Shown here one piece after another: positions 1-7,543 of a stretch of DNA of 11,484 bases. A model generated the notes under the pieces. It ran no database searches and was not told the origin of the DNA. It saw only the letters and a program-made list of their open reading frames with translations. The DNA comes from Candidatus Bathyarchaeia archaeon (GTDB lineage Archaea; Thermoproteota; Bathyarchaeia; TCS64): contig JBEKDF010000079.1 in assembly GCA_050014495.1 (NCBI GenBank), positions 1-11,484 on the forward strand. Direction: 5' to 3'. Made by a program: the position numbers and the translations under genes. The first letter of the stretch is position 1, and every line of letters starts with the position of its first letter.

Positions 1-82
1 CTGCCCTCTGGTAGGCTTGTCTGAGGATGTATGAGGTGAAGTTGTCCATGAGACTGGCTCTAGGGGTTTTGATCTATAAACC
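1..82 (-). mobile_element. Probable left end of an IS5-family insertion sequence; transposase start codon at 49, running off the window
   Basis: The minus strand from ATG at 49 reads MDNFTSYILRQAYQRA, resembling (from memory) the N-terminus of archaeal IS5-family transposases. GGTTTATAGATC (82-71, minus) about 20 bp upstream resembles their terminal repeat. Only 16 codons are visible. Confidence 0.5.
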
Positions 83-154
83 TACCCGAGGGGGAGCAAA
101 AACCAGGTTAATCAAAATTCTCATGAAATATATTGAGAAGAATTATACGAGTCG

Positions 155-916
155 GTGTCCTTGGAAAGACCCTCGAAAGCTGCAAAATATGGAATAGCGA
201 TCATCTTTTTAATAGTGGGAGTAGCCATCGGTGGGGTTGTTGTATTTACTGTTATGGAACAAACGCGAGCGACGACCAATTACAACCCGCAGGTAATCGA
301 GGCCTCTAATCTCTTTTTAGATAGTTTTGAAGGCTACACTGTAGGAACTCTTCCAACTCAAAACTGGCAGTTCTGGTACAACACGGAGGGAGCGATCACG
401 AATTCTACATACATCTCACCGACAAAATCGCTACAATTAACAGCACCATCAGCGGGTCATATGTTCGCCACAATCGGCGTCAGGAGTTTCTCAACCAACG
501 CGAGGTACATAGGTTATCAAGTTAATGTGAAAGTGGATAACTTCACGACCTATGTATCATTGAGAGTTGGTTACCTGATCAATATTCCTGAGACTTCCTC
601 TACTGCATGGCACGCATTTGTAGAATTCGCTGATGTCAATAACACTCAATTGTTGATGGGCTGCAATGACAAGCTGCAGGGGTATTCTCCCAACACTTGG
701 TATAAAATTAAAGTCATACTTGATAGGAACACTGATAGTTTCAATGTATGGATAAACGACTCGCTTGTGTCTTCCAACATCAAAGATGTCTCTACAGGTT
801 ATGACAATACAAATCCTTACACCTTGCAATATTTTGGAGTTGCTGCGATAAAGTCGAACACAAATTGTTATTTTGATGATGTTCAACTCTTTGTTGCATC
901 TTCAATTAATGGCTGA
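155..916 (+). CDS. Membrane-anchored extracellular protein, probable ConA-like lectin/beta-sandwich fold
   Basis: 253-aa ORF with a GTG start and one N-terminal hydrophobic helix. The Ser/Thr/Asn-rich beta region has DSFE, 'NTWYKIKVILD...FNVWIND' and terminal 'YFDDV' motifs typical of ConA/LamG-like domains, plus several N-x-S/T sequons. Confidence 0.7.
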   Translation: MSLERPSKAAKYGIAIIFLIVGVAIGGVVVFTVMEQTRATTNYNPQVIEASNLFLDSFEGYTVGTLPTQNWQFWYNTEGAITNSTYISPTKSLQLTAPSAGHMFATIGVRSFSTNARYIGYQVNVKVDNFTTYVSLRVGYLINIPETSSTAWHAFVEFADVNNTQLLMGCNDKLQGYSPNTWYKIKVILDRNTDSFNVWINDSLVSSNIKDVSTGYDNTNPYTLQYFGVAAIKSNTNCYFDDVQLFVASSING

Positions 917-1058
917 TCCATTCGGATGCATGTGCGCGCGATTAGAGAAATAAGACTTTGAAAATTGAATATATTGAGTTTCGACATTGAACTCAGTTGT
1001 CTCAGCATGTGTATTACGGGATAGGCGACGGTTTCCGCTAGACACGGGAATCCAATTT

Positions 1059-1574
1059 TCATTTTTGCTCCTTTGTTTCCTGATTCTGAGGTTTTGTTGA
1101 GGTAGATTTGGAAATGGGTGAAAGTTTATAATTAAATATGACAGGAAGTAAGAAAATTACTGATAATATACACCCAATAAATAGCACTACCAATACCTTA
1201 TAAATAAAAAATTGATTTGTGAACCATCTTGTAAAGAGATCTAATACTTGTAAAGTTTTTCCGTGGAAATATTCGGTTATATCATTATAATTATTAAATG
1301 TAATTGAATTATCAAACCTATTAATTTGGTTAAGAAGCGCTCCGTAATATATTAACCTCAACAAAAGATAAATTGGAAAAGATAGAAGAAGGCCTTGAAT
1401 CATTACAAAAAAAGCCTTCAGGCAGTGCACATGGGCTTTCACATTTTCCCATTTATAATCGTAGACTAATTTTAAGAAAGTAAAACTAGATGTGAAACCT
1501 GCAAACAGCATAATGCCATGGGCTGTGAGTTCACTGGTAACGAAACTTACTAAAGTACTCACGTCCAGAGTCAC
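1059..1574 (-). CDS. Hypothetical membrane protein (about 3 TM), AT-rich
   Basis: 171-aa ORF with a GTG start preceded by AAGGTG, three hydrophobic segments and a charged tail. No family recognised. Confidence 0.6.
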   Translation of the reverse strand: MTLDVSTLVSFVTSELTAHGIMLFAGFTSSFTFLKLVYDYKWENVKAHVHCLKAFFVMIQGLLLSFPIYLLLRLIYYGALLNQINRFDNSITFNNYNDITEYFHGKTLQVLDLFTRWFTNQFFIYKVLVVLFIGCILSVIFLLPVIFNYKLSPISKSTSTKPQNQETKEQK

Positions 1575-1694
1575 TTAGAGCACCTTAAAGCGAGAACTGT
1601 TAATTGAATATTTGCGCGCGCGCATGTACGCTCATAATAAAAAAAAGTTTGCCTGCGCGTACTGAATATATCTTAGTTTAAGTACAAGAATAAG

Positions 1695-1823
1695 TCAGCT
1701 TAGATAAGCAATTCTTGGAATCAAGCTCTGAGACTCTCCCCTCAGGTACTTCGCGAAGAGGAGGGCCTCCTCATTGATCAACGTCTAAAGTGTCTGATGC
1801 TCCCCGTACCTAAATTGCTTGAC
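1695..1823 (-). pseudogene. cas1: 3' remnant of a solo cas1 (copy 1)
   Basis: The minus strand reads VKQFRYGEHQTL*TLINEEALLFAKYLRGESQSLIPRIAYLS*, homologous to the C-terminus of the cas1 fragment at 2414-2786 (63/66 nt identical over 1740-1805 vs 2675-2740). It begins at the RY tract 1822-1833. Confidence 0.75.
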
Positions 1824-1945
1824 GCGTGTGCGTCGTACTAAAATTTATTAATTATATGGTTCGTTTGCAAGGAGAATTGTTTTAATCAGTACTTGTGGTC
1901 TGTAAAAGATAAATAGTCTATTTTTAAAATAAGAGTTGATGTAGC

Positions 1946-2071
1946 TTGGATGATAATGATTTTAAATTGGCTTTTTTCGGGGTTTCGATGACGATGGTAT
2001 TCCTCGGTTTAAGGATATTCTTGGACTGGGAAAATAAAAGAATTCAATTGGATATACATCCTAAAAAATAA
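1946..2071 (+). CDS. Putative 41-aa single-pass membrane peptide (below the ORF-track cutoff)
   Basis: TTG...TAA gives MDDNDFKLAFFGVSMTMVFLGLRIFLDWENKRIQLDIHPKK. GAGTTGAT, an RBS-like motif, lies just upstream. One hydrophobic helix. Confidence 0.4.
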   Translation: MDDNDFKLAFFGVSMTMVFLGLRIFLDWENKRIQLDIHPKK

Positions 2072-2129
2072 TCTAATGCTTGTTTCAAACATGTTGTGCC
2101 GCGAATTCTATGAACCGTGCACGCGTCAC

Positions 2130-2282
2130 TTATAATGAGCCTTCTTTTAACTTCAATTCCTGAAGTTCCTTAACTAATTTCATATTCCTCAGCGTCAAAT
2201 CCCTAATTCTAATTGAATTACTCATTAACTCTCGCTGAATCTTCTTTACTCTATAATCGAATACAGTTAATTTAATACTCAT
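2130..2282 (-). CDS. Putative 50-aa basic coiled-coil protein (below the ORF-track cutoff)
   Basis: MSIKLTVFDYRVKKIQRELMSNSIRIRDLTLRNMKLVKELQELKLKEGSL*, with a GAGGGTGA RBS. The ATG directly abuts the TGA of the upstream frame. Confidence 0.5.
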   Translation of the reverse strand: MSIKLTVFDYRVKKIQRELMSNSIRIRDLTLRNMKLVKELQELKLKEGSL

Positions 2283-2405
2283 TCACTTCACCCTCTTCCA
2301 TATCCTTTTGATCATCCTGCGCTCATCGAGGAACACCGCGACCCTCCCCTCCTGAGAGCCAGAGCGAAAAACAAGCCTCGGTGATGGTTTATCACCCTTC
2401 GGCAC
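2283..2405 (-). pseudogene. Probable 3' fragment of an unknown gene truncated at the (GC)4 tract
   Basis: Reads VPKGDKPSPRLVFRSGSQEGRVAVFLDERRMIKRIWKRVK* and is translationally coupled to 2130-2282. Its upstream side is the tract at 2402-2413. Confidence 0.35.
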
Positions 2406-2413
2406 GCGCGCGC

Positions 2414-2786
2414 TTCGGTTTCTTGCACAGTAACCAGATGGCTAAACTTAGCCTCGTCTGCGACTTTCAGGAGCTTTATCGCTACTTGATCGACGACTTT
2501 CTGATTAATTACTGTCAAAGAATCAGTAAAAAGGATTTCAAGATGAAGGCTGAGTCTGCGAGCCATGGTAAGAAGGGAAAGCGAGAATACCTTACAGACT
2601 CTGGTACGAAGATTTTACTAGATGAGCTTAACAAGTTCTTCGAGACGAGGGTTGAGGTTAAGCGGATTAGGAATGGGGAGCATCAGACACTTTAGACGTT
2701 GATCAATGAGGAGGCTCTACTCTTCGCGAAGTATCTGAGGAAAGAAAATCAGAGCCTGGGCTCCCAGAGTAGCATTCATCCTCTAA
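2414..2786 (+). pseudogene. cas1: C-terminal fragment of a solo/casposase-like Cas1 (copy 2), with an internal stop and a frameshift
   Basis: FGFLHS...SLVCDFQELYRYLIDDFL contains the Cas1 catalytic His and acidic motifs. There is an in-frame TAG at 2693-2695, then TLINEEALLFAKYLRKENQS, then a +1 shift to WAPRVAFIL* (TAA 2784-2786). The N-terminal part is absent and homology starts right after GCGCGCGC at 2406-2413. Confidence 0.85.
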
Positions 2787-2821
2787 AGATTCCAGATATA
2801 AACCAGTCATCTTAAAGTTGC

Positions 2822-3319
2822 TTATGGAGTACTGAAGTGTTGGAGTATATGTACAACTATTACGATATAAAAAGTTAAGGTTATGCTTACGTGTATAAAT
2901 TTATTGATGTGTGGTTTAATTAGGTTGTATTTTCCAATCTTTTTCAAAAGCTGAAACCTTGAGATGAACCCCGTTACCACCAATATAGACACAGTAATGA
3001 ATAATGCTTCTCCGGTTCCATGTGGGGTCATCTGAAAATAATGAATCGATACTAGCATGAAGGCAAGCAGGTTACCAAAGGTATGAATTCTAAGTAGGTC
3101 TTTAGTTCTCCTGGGGTGGCGTCGCTTAAGGATAGTGTATGTAGGCGTATAAATTGCAATAAATAGAGCTCCAATCCAGCTTAGCCAATGAGAGAGTGTT
3201 AGTGGACCTATTAAGAAACTGAATTGAAACCAGTGATAAGATACTCCAGCTGACAGAATTATGGTTAGTAGAATTATTGCCAGTGCGGTTAGAAAGTTTA
3301 GGTCTCTAAAAAGTTTCAT
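2822..3319 (-). CDS. Integral membrane protein with intramembrane histidines (cytochrome b / ferric-reductase-like TM domain)
   Basis: 165 aa with about 5 hydrophobic segments. His residues in SHWLSWIG, LRIHTFGN, SIHY, FIHV and VVHILQH could be heme ligands (inference). Confidence 0.65.
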   Translation of the reverse strand: MKLFRDLNFLTALAIILLTIILSAGVSYHWFQFSFLIGPLTLSHWLSWIGALFIAIYTPTYTILKRRHPRRTKDLLRIHTFGNLLAFMLVSIHYFQMTPHGTGEALFITVSILVVTGFISRFQLLKKIGKYNLIKPHINKFIHVSITLTFYIVIVVHILQHFSTP

Positions 3320-3480
3320 TGTGTACGCATCTCGCTTTTTATGGCACTATTACCTAAACCTCTTCTACCGATCCAGGACATTGTTCTTAACTTTCATCTC
3401 TGTGATGAACCCTGAAAGGGCCTATTCGGATATATATTATTTCTTGAGATTATTATTCTTAGCAGAATTTAAGAAATTGG

Positions 3481-3521
3481 GTTTGGGTTTGGGGCCATAG
3501 TCTTATCCCCCAAACCCAAAC
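3481..3521. terminator. Perfect 14-bp inverted repeat (hairpin), possibly a terminator or stability element for the YVTN gene
   Basis: GTTTGGGTTTGGGG (3481-3494) pairs with CCCCAAACCCAAAC (3508-3521) around a 13-nt loop, about 30 bp downstream of the stop at 3553. The hairpin is certain; its function is inferred. Confidence 0.5.
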
Positions 3522-3552
3522 AAAAGTTGTGAAAGCGCATGCGTGAGTGTAT

Positions 3553-4971
3553 TTATCCGATTTTATGGAATTTTTGAATAACCAATAAAATGGATAAAGC
3601 CATTACGATCCCTAGTATAATCGACTCATACGGGTAGCCCGGAACCCCTCCGCCTGATGGCTGCGTGCCTCCCCCACCCGACTGCTGCGCAGTAAGACCT
3701 ATGTTGATATTTGCAGTACCGGTCGTTGTAACGCTTCCGCTTCCGGTATTAGTCAAATACCCGCTCTTGACTGCCTGGAAAGTGTAGCTACCAACAACTA
3801 CTCCGTTAAATGATAATGACCCATCCCCCGTAGAGTCACCACTTAGTGCAGTTTGTCCTGGAGGTGTATAGGTGGATGACACGGCTGCACCGGAGATTGC
3901 GTTTCCGTTTGAGTCTTTCACCGTGACGACTAGGTTGCCTGTCGTCGGCGCTGATCCGGAGCCATCGGATATGACGACGATCGCGCGCGCAGCTGTATCG
4001 CTCGCAAAGATCTCGCCCATACCGGAGTCGTAGGCCAGCTGATTGGAATAGGCGCTATAAGAAGACACCTTTCCAACAACCGTATAATCGCTATCAGATA
4101 TCGCGAAGATGCTGAGGCCATGTATAACGAATATAGCGCCCACGCCGGAGTCATAAACTATAGAAGGGCTTAGGAACTCTAACCCACCGCCGTCGGGCGG
4201 CTTCACGCTCGCCAATATTATGTAATTCTTATCAGATATCACCGAGATGGTGCCATCGTTAATGTTGGTCACGAACACCTTACCCTGAACGGAGTCACAA
4301 GCCACACCCGATGGGGAGGCCCCCACGGTCACGTTTGCAACCACCTTATTGCTGCTGTCCAAGATGACGGAGACGGTGTTGTCGGCGGGTTTACCGGTTG
4401 TGCCCTGATTGAGGTTGGAATTAGCCACGAATACCTTACCCTGAACGGAGTCGTAGGCTACGTCTGTGGGATAGTTTCCGACGGTCACGTTTGCGACCAC
4501 CTTATTGGTGCTGTCCGAGATGACGGAGACGGTGTTGGAGCCGAAGTTGGCCACGAAGACCTCGTCCAGGCCGGAATCGTAGGCTATGCCGCTAGGGTTT
4601 GTCCCTACCTTAATGGTTGATACGACGGTGTTGTTGCCGTCGGATATGACGGAGACGGTGTTAGAGTTGTAATTTGACACGAAGATCTCGTTTTTGGCGG
4701 AGTCGTAGGCTAAGCCTGCGGGATATTGTCCCACGGTCACGTTCACTAGCTCTTCGTTGGTTTTGTCCGATATGACGGAGACGGCTTGATAGTTCGCAAG
4801 AGCCACGAATATCTCGCCCTTGCCTGAGTCGTAGGCGAGTGCTGCGGGGGTGGAGGTCCACATTTTTATGCCGGCGGTCATGCTGATGGTCGCTTGAACC
4901 CCGGTGGTTGCCCCTAGGACTAGAATTATTGTGAAGAGAACTGAAACAGAAACGTAGATGTGTTTATTCAT
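3553..4971 (-). CDS. Cell-surface YVTN/YncE-type beta-propeller protein with an Ig-like (carboxypeptidase regulatory-like) domain and a PGF-like C-terminal sorting signal
   Basis: Signal peptide followed by seven ~42-aa repeats (P.G.AYDS..GE.FV.N..SNTVSVISD), then a 'GNLVVTVKDSNGNAISGAAV...YTFQAVKSGY' domain, a Gly-rich linker and VPGYPYE + TM + basic tail. Confidence 0.9.
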   Translation of the reverse strand: MNKHIYVSVSVLFTIILVLGATTGVQATISMTAGIKMWTSTPAALAYDSGKGEIFVALANYQAVSVISDKTNEELVNVTVGQYPAGLAYDSAKNEIFVSNYNSNTVSVISDGNNTVVSTIKVGTNPSGIAYDSGLDEVFVANFGSNTVSVISDSTNKVVANVTVGNYPTDVAYDSVQGKVFVANSNLNQGTTGKPADNTVSVILDSSNKVVANVTVGASPSGVACDSVQGKVFVTNINDGTISVISDKNYIILASVKPPDGGGLEFLSPSIVYDSGVGAIFVIHGLSIFAISDSDYTVVGKVSSYSAYSNQLAYDSGMGEIFASDTAARAIVVISDGSGSAPTTGNLVVTVKDSNGNAISGAAVSSTYTPPGQTALSGDSTGDGSLSFNGVVVGSYTFQAVKSGYLTNTGSGSVTTTGTANINIGLTAQQSGGGGTQPSGGGVPGYPYESIILGIVMALSILLVIQKFHKIG

Positions 4972-5047
4972 GCGAATATGAAAATCATGCTTCTTATTAA
5001 ATTAGAGGTTAACGCGCAATATGCGCATGATGATATGTGCATGCTAG

Positions 5048-5266
5048 ACGGGTAGCATTTATTTTTGCCCTCCCCCAACACCATCACCCTCATCATCATC
5101 CACGCTGTCCCCCGCCGCCTCGAATTCACCTAAACCTTCCACATCGCCCAGCCAAACCCAAACACCGAGCGGTGAAGGTGGTGTGCCAGGCTTCCCCTAT
5201 GAGTCTGTGTTGATCGGGGCTGTTTCAGCGGTGGTGCCACTTATCATTTTGCGTAGAAAACAGTAA
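5048..5266 (+). pseudogene. Orphan C-terminus of a surface protein: Pro/Ser/Thr linker plus PGF-CTERM-like signal, with no usable start codon
   Basis: Open frame reading ...PPPTPSPSSSSTLSPAASNSPKPSTSPSQTQTPSGEGGVPGFPYESVLIGAVSAVVPLIILRRKQ*. It starts just after the RY tracts at 5012-5044. Confidence 0.75.
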
Positions 5267-5322
5267 ATAAAACCAAGATGTTCGTGCAGTATCCTAGTCT
5301 TATCTGGAGTTCCAACGCGCTT

Positions 5323-5424
5323 GAAGGAGTATCGGGGTTCCCCAGTTGAGGCCATGTTGTTGGGGATAATTCTTGTCATTTCAGTTTTATTCTTGAGAAG
5401 ACTCACTTCCTCAATTTCTTGGAA
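5323..5424 (+). pseudogene. Second, degenerate PGF-CTERM-like fragment
   Basis: Reads EGVSGF(+1 C at 5341)PVEAMLLGIILVISVLFLRRLTSS. Bounded by ACGCGC (5315-5320) and ACGTACGCGTAC (5425-5436). Confidence 0.55.
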
Positions 5425-5717
5425 ACGTACGCGTACTGAGGGCGTGGGTTATCTGCTGAGTTTACTGGGGATGGTTGTAACCCCCGAGTAATCCATGCAA
5501 CTAATACTTGGATAGCGACTGCTACGATTGTATAGATGACCGCAGTCAAATAGCTTCCAGAGAGGAAGCCGATGATTATTGGAATAATGAGGAACTGCAC
5601 TGCAAGCATCATCATCCAGACGCCTCCTCCCCAATCCACGGAACGTACGATCAACATAACCACGATGTAGAGTACAATTCCCACAATCAACGGAGTGTAC
5701 TTGTTCATCATATTCAC
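5403..5717 (-). CDS. Small membrane protein (about 3 TM), possibly 3'-truncated or fused at 5425-5436
   Basis: 104-aa hydrophobic ORF. AAAGGTGA lies 5' of the ATGs at 5711/5708, which are the likely true start. The last codons cross an RY tract into the antisense of the 5323-5424 fragment. Confidence 0.6.
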   Translation of the reverse strand: MNMMNKYTPLIVGIVLYIVVMLIVRSVDWGGGVWMMMLAVQFLIIPIIIGFLSGSYLTAVIYTIVAVAIQVLVAWITRGLQPSPVNSADNPRPQYAYVSKKLRK

Positions 5718-6016
5718 CTTTTTTATATTTTAATATCTTTTAATGTAGATATATAAAAAATGTACGCGAGTACACACCGATTCTCCCGTCTTGTGGGTGG
5801 GGCGTGCGCGCTCCTTAGATAAGCGTATATTATTCCGTATCTTCTCAATTTCATGGAAAATACAGACCATTTTTATCTTAAACTATGCGCGCGCGCACAA
5901 TAAAGAAGCTCGAGATAACAACCGCTGAGAACGAGGAGATAAAGAAACAAAGCACCGAGTAAGCATAATCAAATAATAATCTCTTAATTCTACGCGCGAG
6001 TGAAGGAAGGTACGTC

Positions 6017-6625
6017 TCATGTACTGGCTGTGACAGGTGGAGAAGGAGGAGTGGGCACCTGCTCCGCAGTGTTCTCGGGGATGGAGAAGAACGCGACGAT
6101 CAGTAGAACCTGAGCAACGAAGATGATGAAGAACCCTACGAACACTATAGAAGTCGCAGCCCCAATCAAGTAGACCAGGCCAGCCGTCCTGAACATGTCT
6201 ACGCCCAGCTTCGAGGCGATGGATGAGTAGCTTCTCCTGACGAAGACCGCCGATATTATGAGTGCGACCCAGACGACGGCTAATGCGCCGAGGATCGGCA
6301 CGATTAAGCCCACCCATTGGCCAGCTGGAATGCTTGTGAAGTCCGGGTTCGGAAACGTGATGCCACTATTAATGAAGAATGTGGCTACGCTTCCAATTAG
6401 CAGGATAGCGGCAACGGCTATGCCAACGATGGCTGCCCCGACTGATATCAGCATGTTGTTGAAGATCGATCCGTCTGCTACGTGGTCCGAAATCTCCTTG
6501 ACCGCTATAAGGATGAGTATGAATCCCGCTATGCCGAGCAGGGACCCAACGCGGGGGATGGCTGTCAGGACGACTAGGATCGAGCCTATCTCGCCTAGGA
6601 TCTTCGCTTGTGACAATGGGGCCAA
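6017..6625 (-). CDS. DUF996-family membrane protein
   Basis: Motifs 'LSQAKILG..GSIL', 'GFILILIAVK.ISD', 'SIFNNML', 'GVDMFRTAG..Y.IGA' and 'IVAFFSIP', with a Pro-rich tail. TTG start with a GGTGA RBS. Confidence 0.85.
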   Translation of the reverse strand: MAPLSQAKILGEIGSILVVLTAIPRVGSLLGIAGFILILIAVKEISDHVADGSIFNNMLISVGAAIVGIAVAAILLIGSVATFFINSGITFPNPDFTSIPAGQWVGLIVPILGALAVVWVALIISAVFVRRSYSSIASKLGVDMFRTAGLVYLIGAATSIVFVGFFIIFVAQVLLIVAFFSIPENTAEQVPTPPSPPVTAST

Positions 6626-7001
6626 ACTAAATCACCAACTATCTAATTCGTTAGCTAATTAGTAGTATAAGGTTGACGATGCGCGCACAGTATAATATAG
6701 CACTCCGAATCTATAATGATCACAATGTTTCGTGGGTACTATGCGATAGCACTACAGGGGTGAGAACAGGGGGTTGACGGAGAGAAAACTTAAGAACATG
6801 AGTAAGAGAGCGTTAGATGGCCTGCGGAACTAAGTGGGATGCTGCCCTGACACTGGAGCTCCTGAGACGTTTCTCATAGGAGCGCACGAATGAAAAGAGC
6901 CGATTGCGCCATCATGTTATAGAATGTTTCAACAATATAGGGGTAGGTAATCGGCTACCGGCTAACTAGATAACCCTAGAAAATGCGCTCAGTTTTGCCT
7001 T

Positions 7002-7472
7002 TCATAGCCTTATCCTCACTTCCACCTGATAAACAAATAATTTATTAGCTATATGAATGATTGATAATATTGCGCGCGCTGCCCTGTCCCTAAAATGGTT
7101 ATAAAACCCCTCAACGGATTTGGGGCAATCCGAGGCGTAACACCGGCCCCTAATCTTCTTACACCAACCACCCTTCTCAAACCTGCAGATCTGACTCAAC
7201 TTACTGAAACTAAGCGAAACCACACCCGTCGATGGATTCGGAAGCATACTAGACGCTCTACCTGCACCAACAGGGACCGAATATGTGAACTTTGGCTTCC
7301 CACGCCCTCTCACGGGCTCCTTGCTCTTCGTTATGAGGTTCTGATCAACGAGTGAGTCGAGGTGATGCCTTAGTGTGTTGTGGGAGAGCTTGACTGCGGC
7401 GAGGATCTGCTTGAATTCTTTTGGTTTGCCGTCTCTTAGATGGTTAAGGATCATTATGTCTAGGGGGTCCAT
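7002..7472 (-). CDS. Winged-HTH (ArsR-like) transcription regulator with a C-terminal Cx7Cx6Cx4C motif; probably frameshift-extended (native stop about 7111)
   Basis: 'LDIMILNHL', the HTH 'LSHNTLRHHLDSLVDQNLI', the wing 'GRGKPKFTY' and 'CRFEKGGWCKKIRGRCYASDCP'. One extra C in the run at 7122-7125 would give DCPQIR* ending at 7111, inside the element. Confidence 0.8.
   Translation of the reverse strand: MDPLDIMILNHLRDGKPKEFKQILAAVKLSHNTLRHHLDSLVDQNLITKSKEPVRGRGKPKFTYSVPVGAGRASSMLPNPSTGVVSLSFSKLSQICRFEKGGWCKKIRGRCYASDCPKSVEGFYNHFRDRAARAILSIIHIANKLFVYQVEVRIRL
7004..7031. repeat. 28-bp direct repeat, copy A
   Basis: ATAGCCTTATCCTCACTTCCACCTGATA, identical to 8114-8141. Confidence 0.95.
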
Positions 7473-7543
7473 TATTGCCTTATTTGGCTAAATGGTATTT
7501 AAAACCATTTTAAACCATCTTAAACCAATTTCGGGACAGGGCA
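7080..7543. mobile_element. 464-bp non-autonomous TIR element carrying a wHTH gene, flanked by (GC)4 and (GC)5
   Basis: 7072-7090 GCGCGCGCTGCCCTGTCCC is the exact reverse complement of 7533-7551. The match extends to 27/29 over 7072-7100 vs 7523-7551. No transposase is encoded inside. Confidence 0.7.
7490..7530. promoter_or_regulatory. Candidate operator/iterons upstream of the wHTH gene
   Basis: Palindrome AAATGGT-N7-ACCATTT (7490-7510) and three tandem 10-mers AAAACCATTT/TAAACCATCT/TAAACCAATT (7501-7530). Confidence 0.5.

Noticed and set aside
2381..2695. Track ORF as an intact 104-aa Cas1
   Set aside because: Its first 11 codons come from an unrelated module upstream of the (GC)4 tract, the N-terminal domain is missing, and homology continues past the stop.
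3479..3494. G-quadruplex or telomere-like repeat
   Set aside because: Only three G-runs, and the sequence is better explained as a hairpin arm.
3510..5164. CCAAACCCAAACA shared by 3510-3522 and 5152-5164
   Set aside because: Low complexity, and the second copy is explained as SQTQT codons of the linker fragment.
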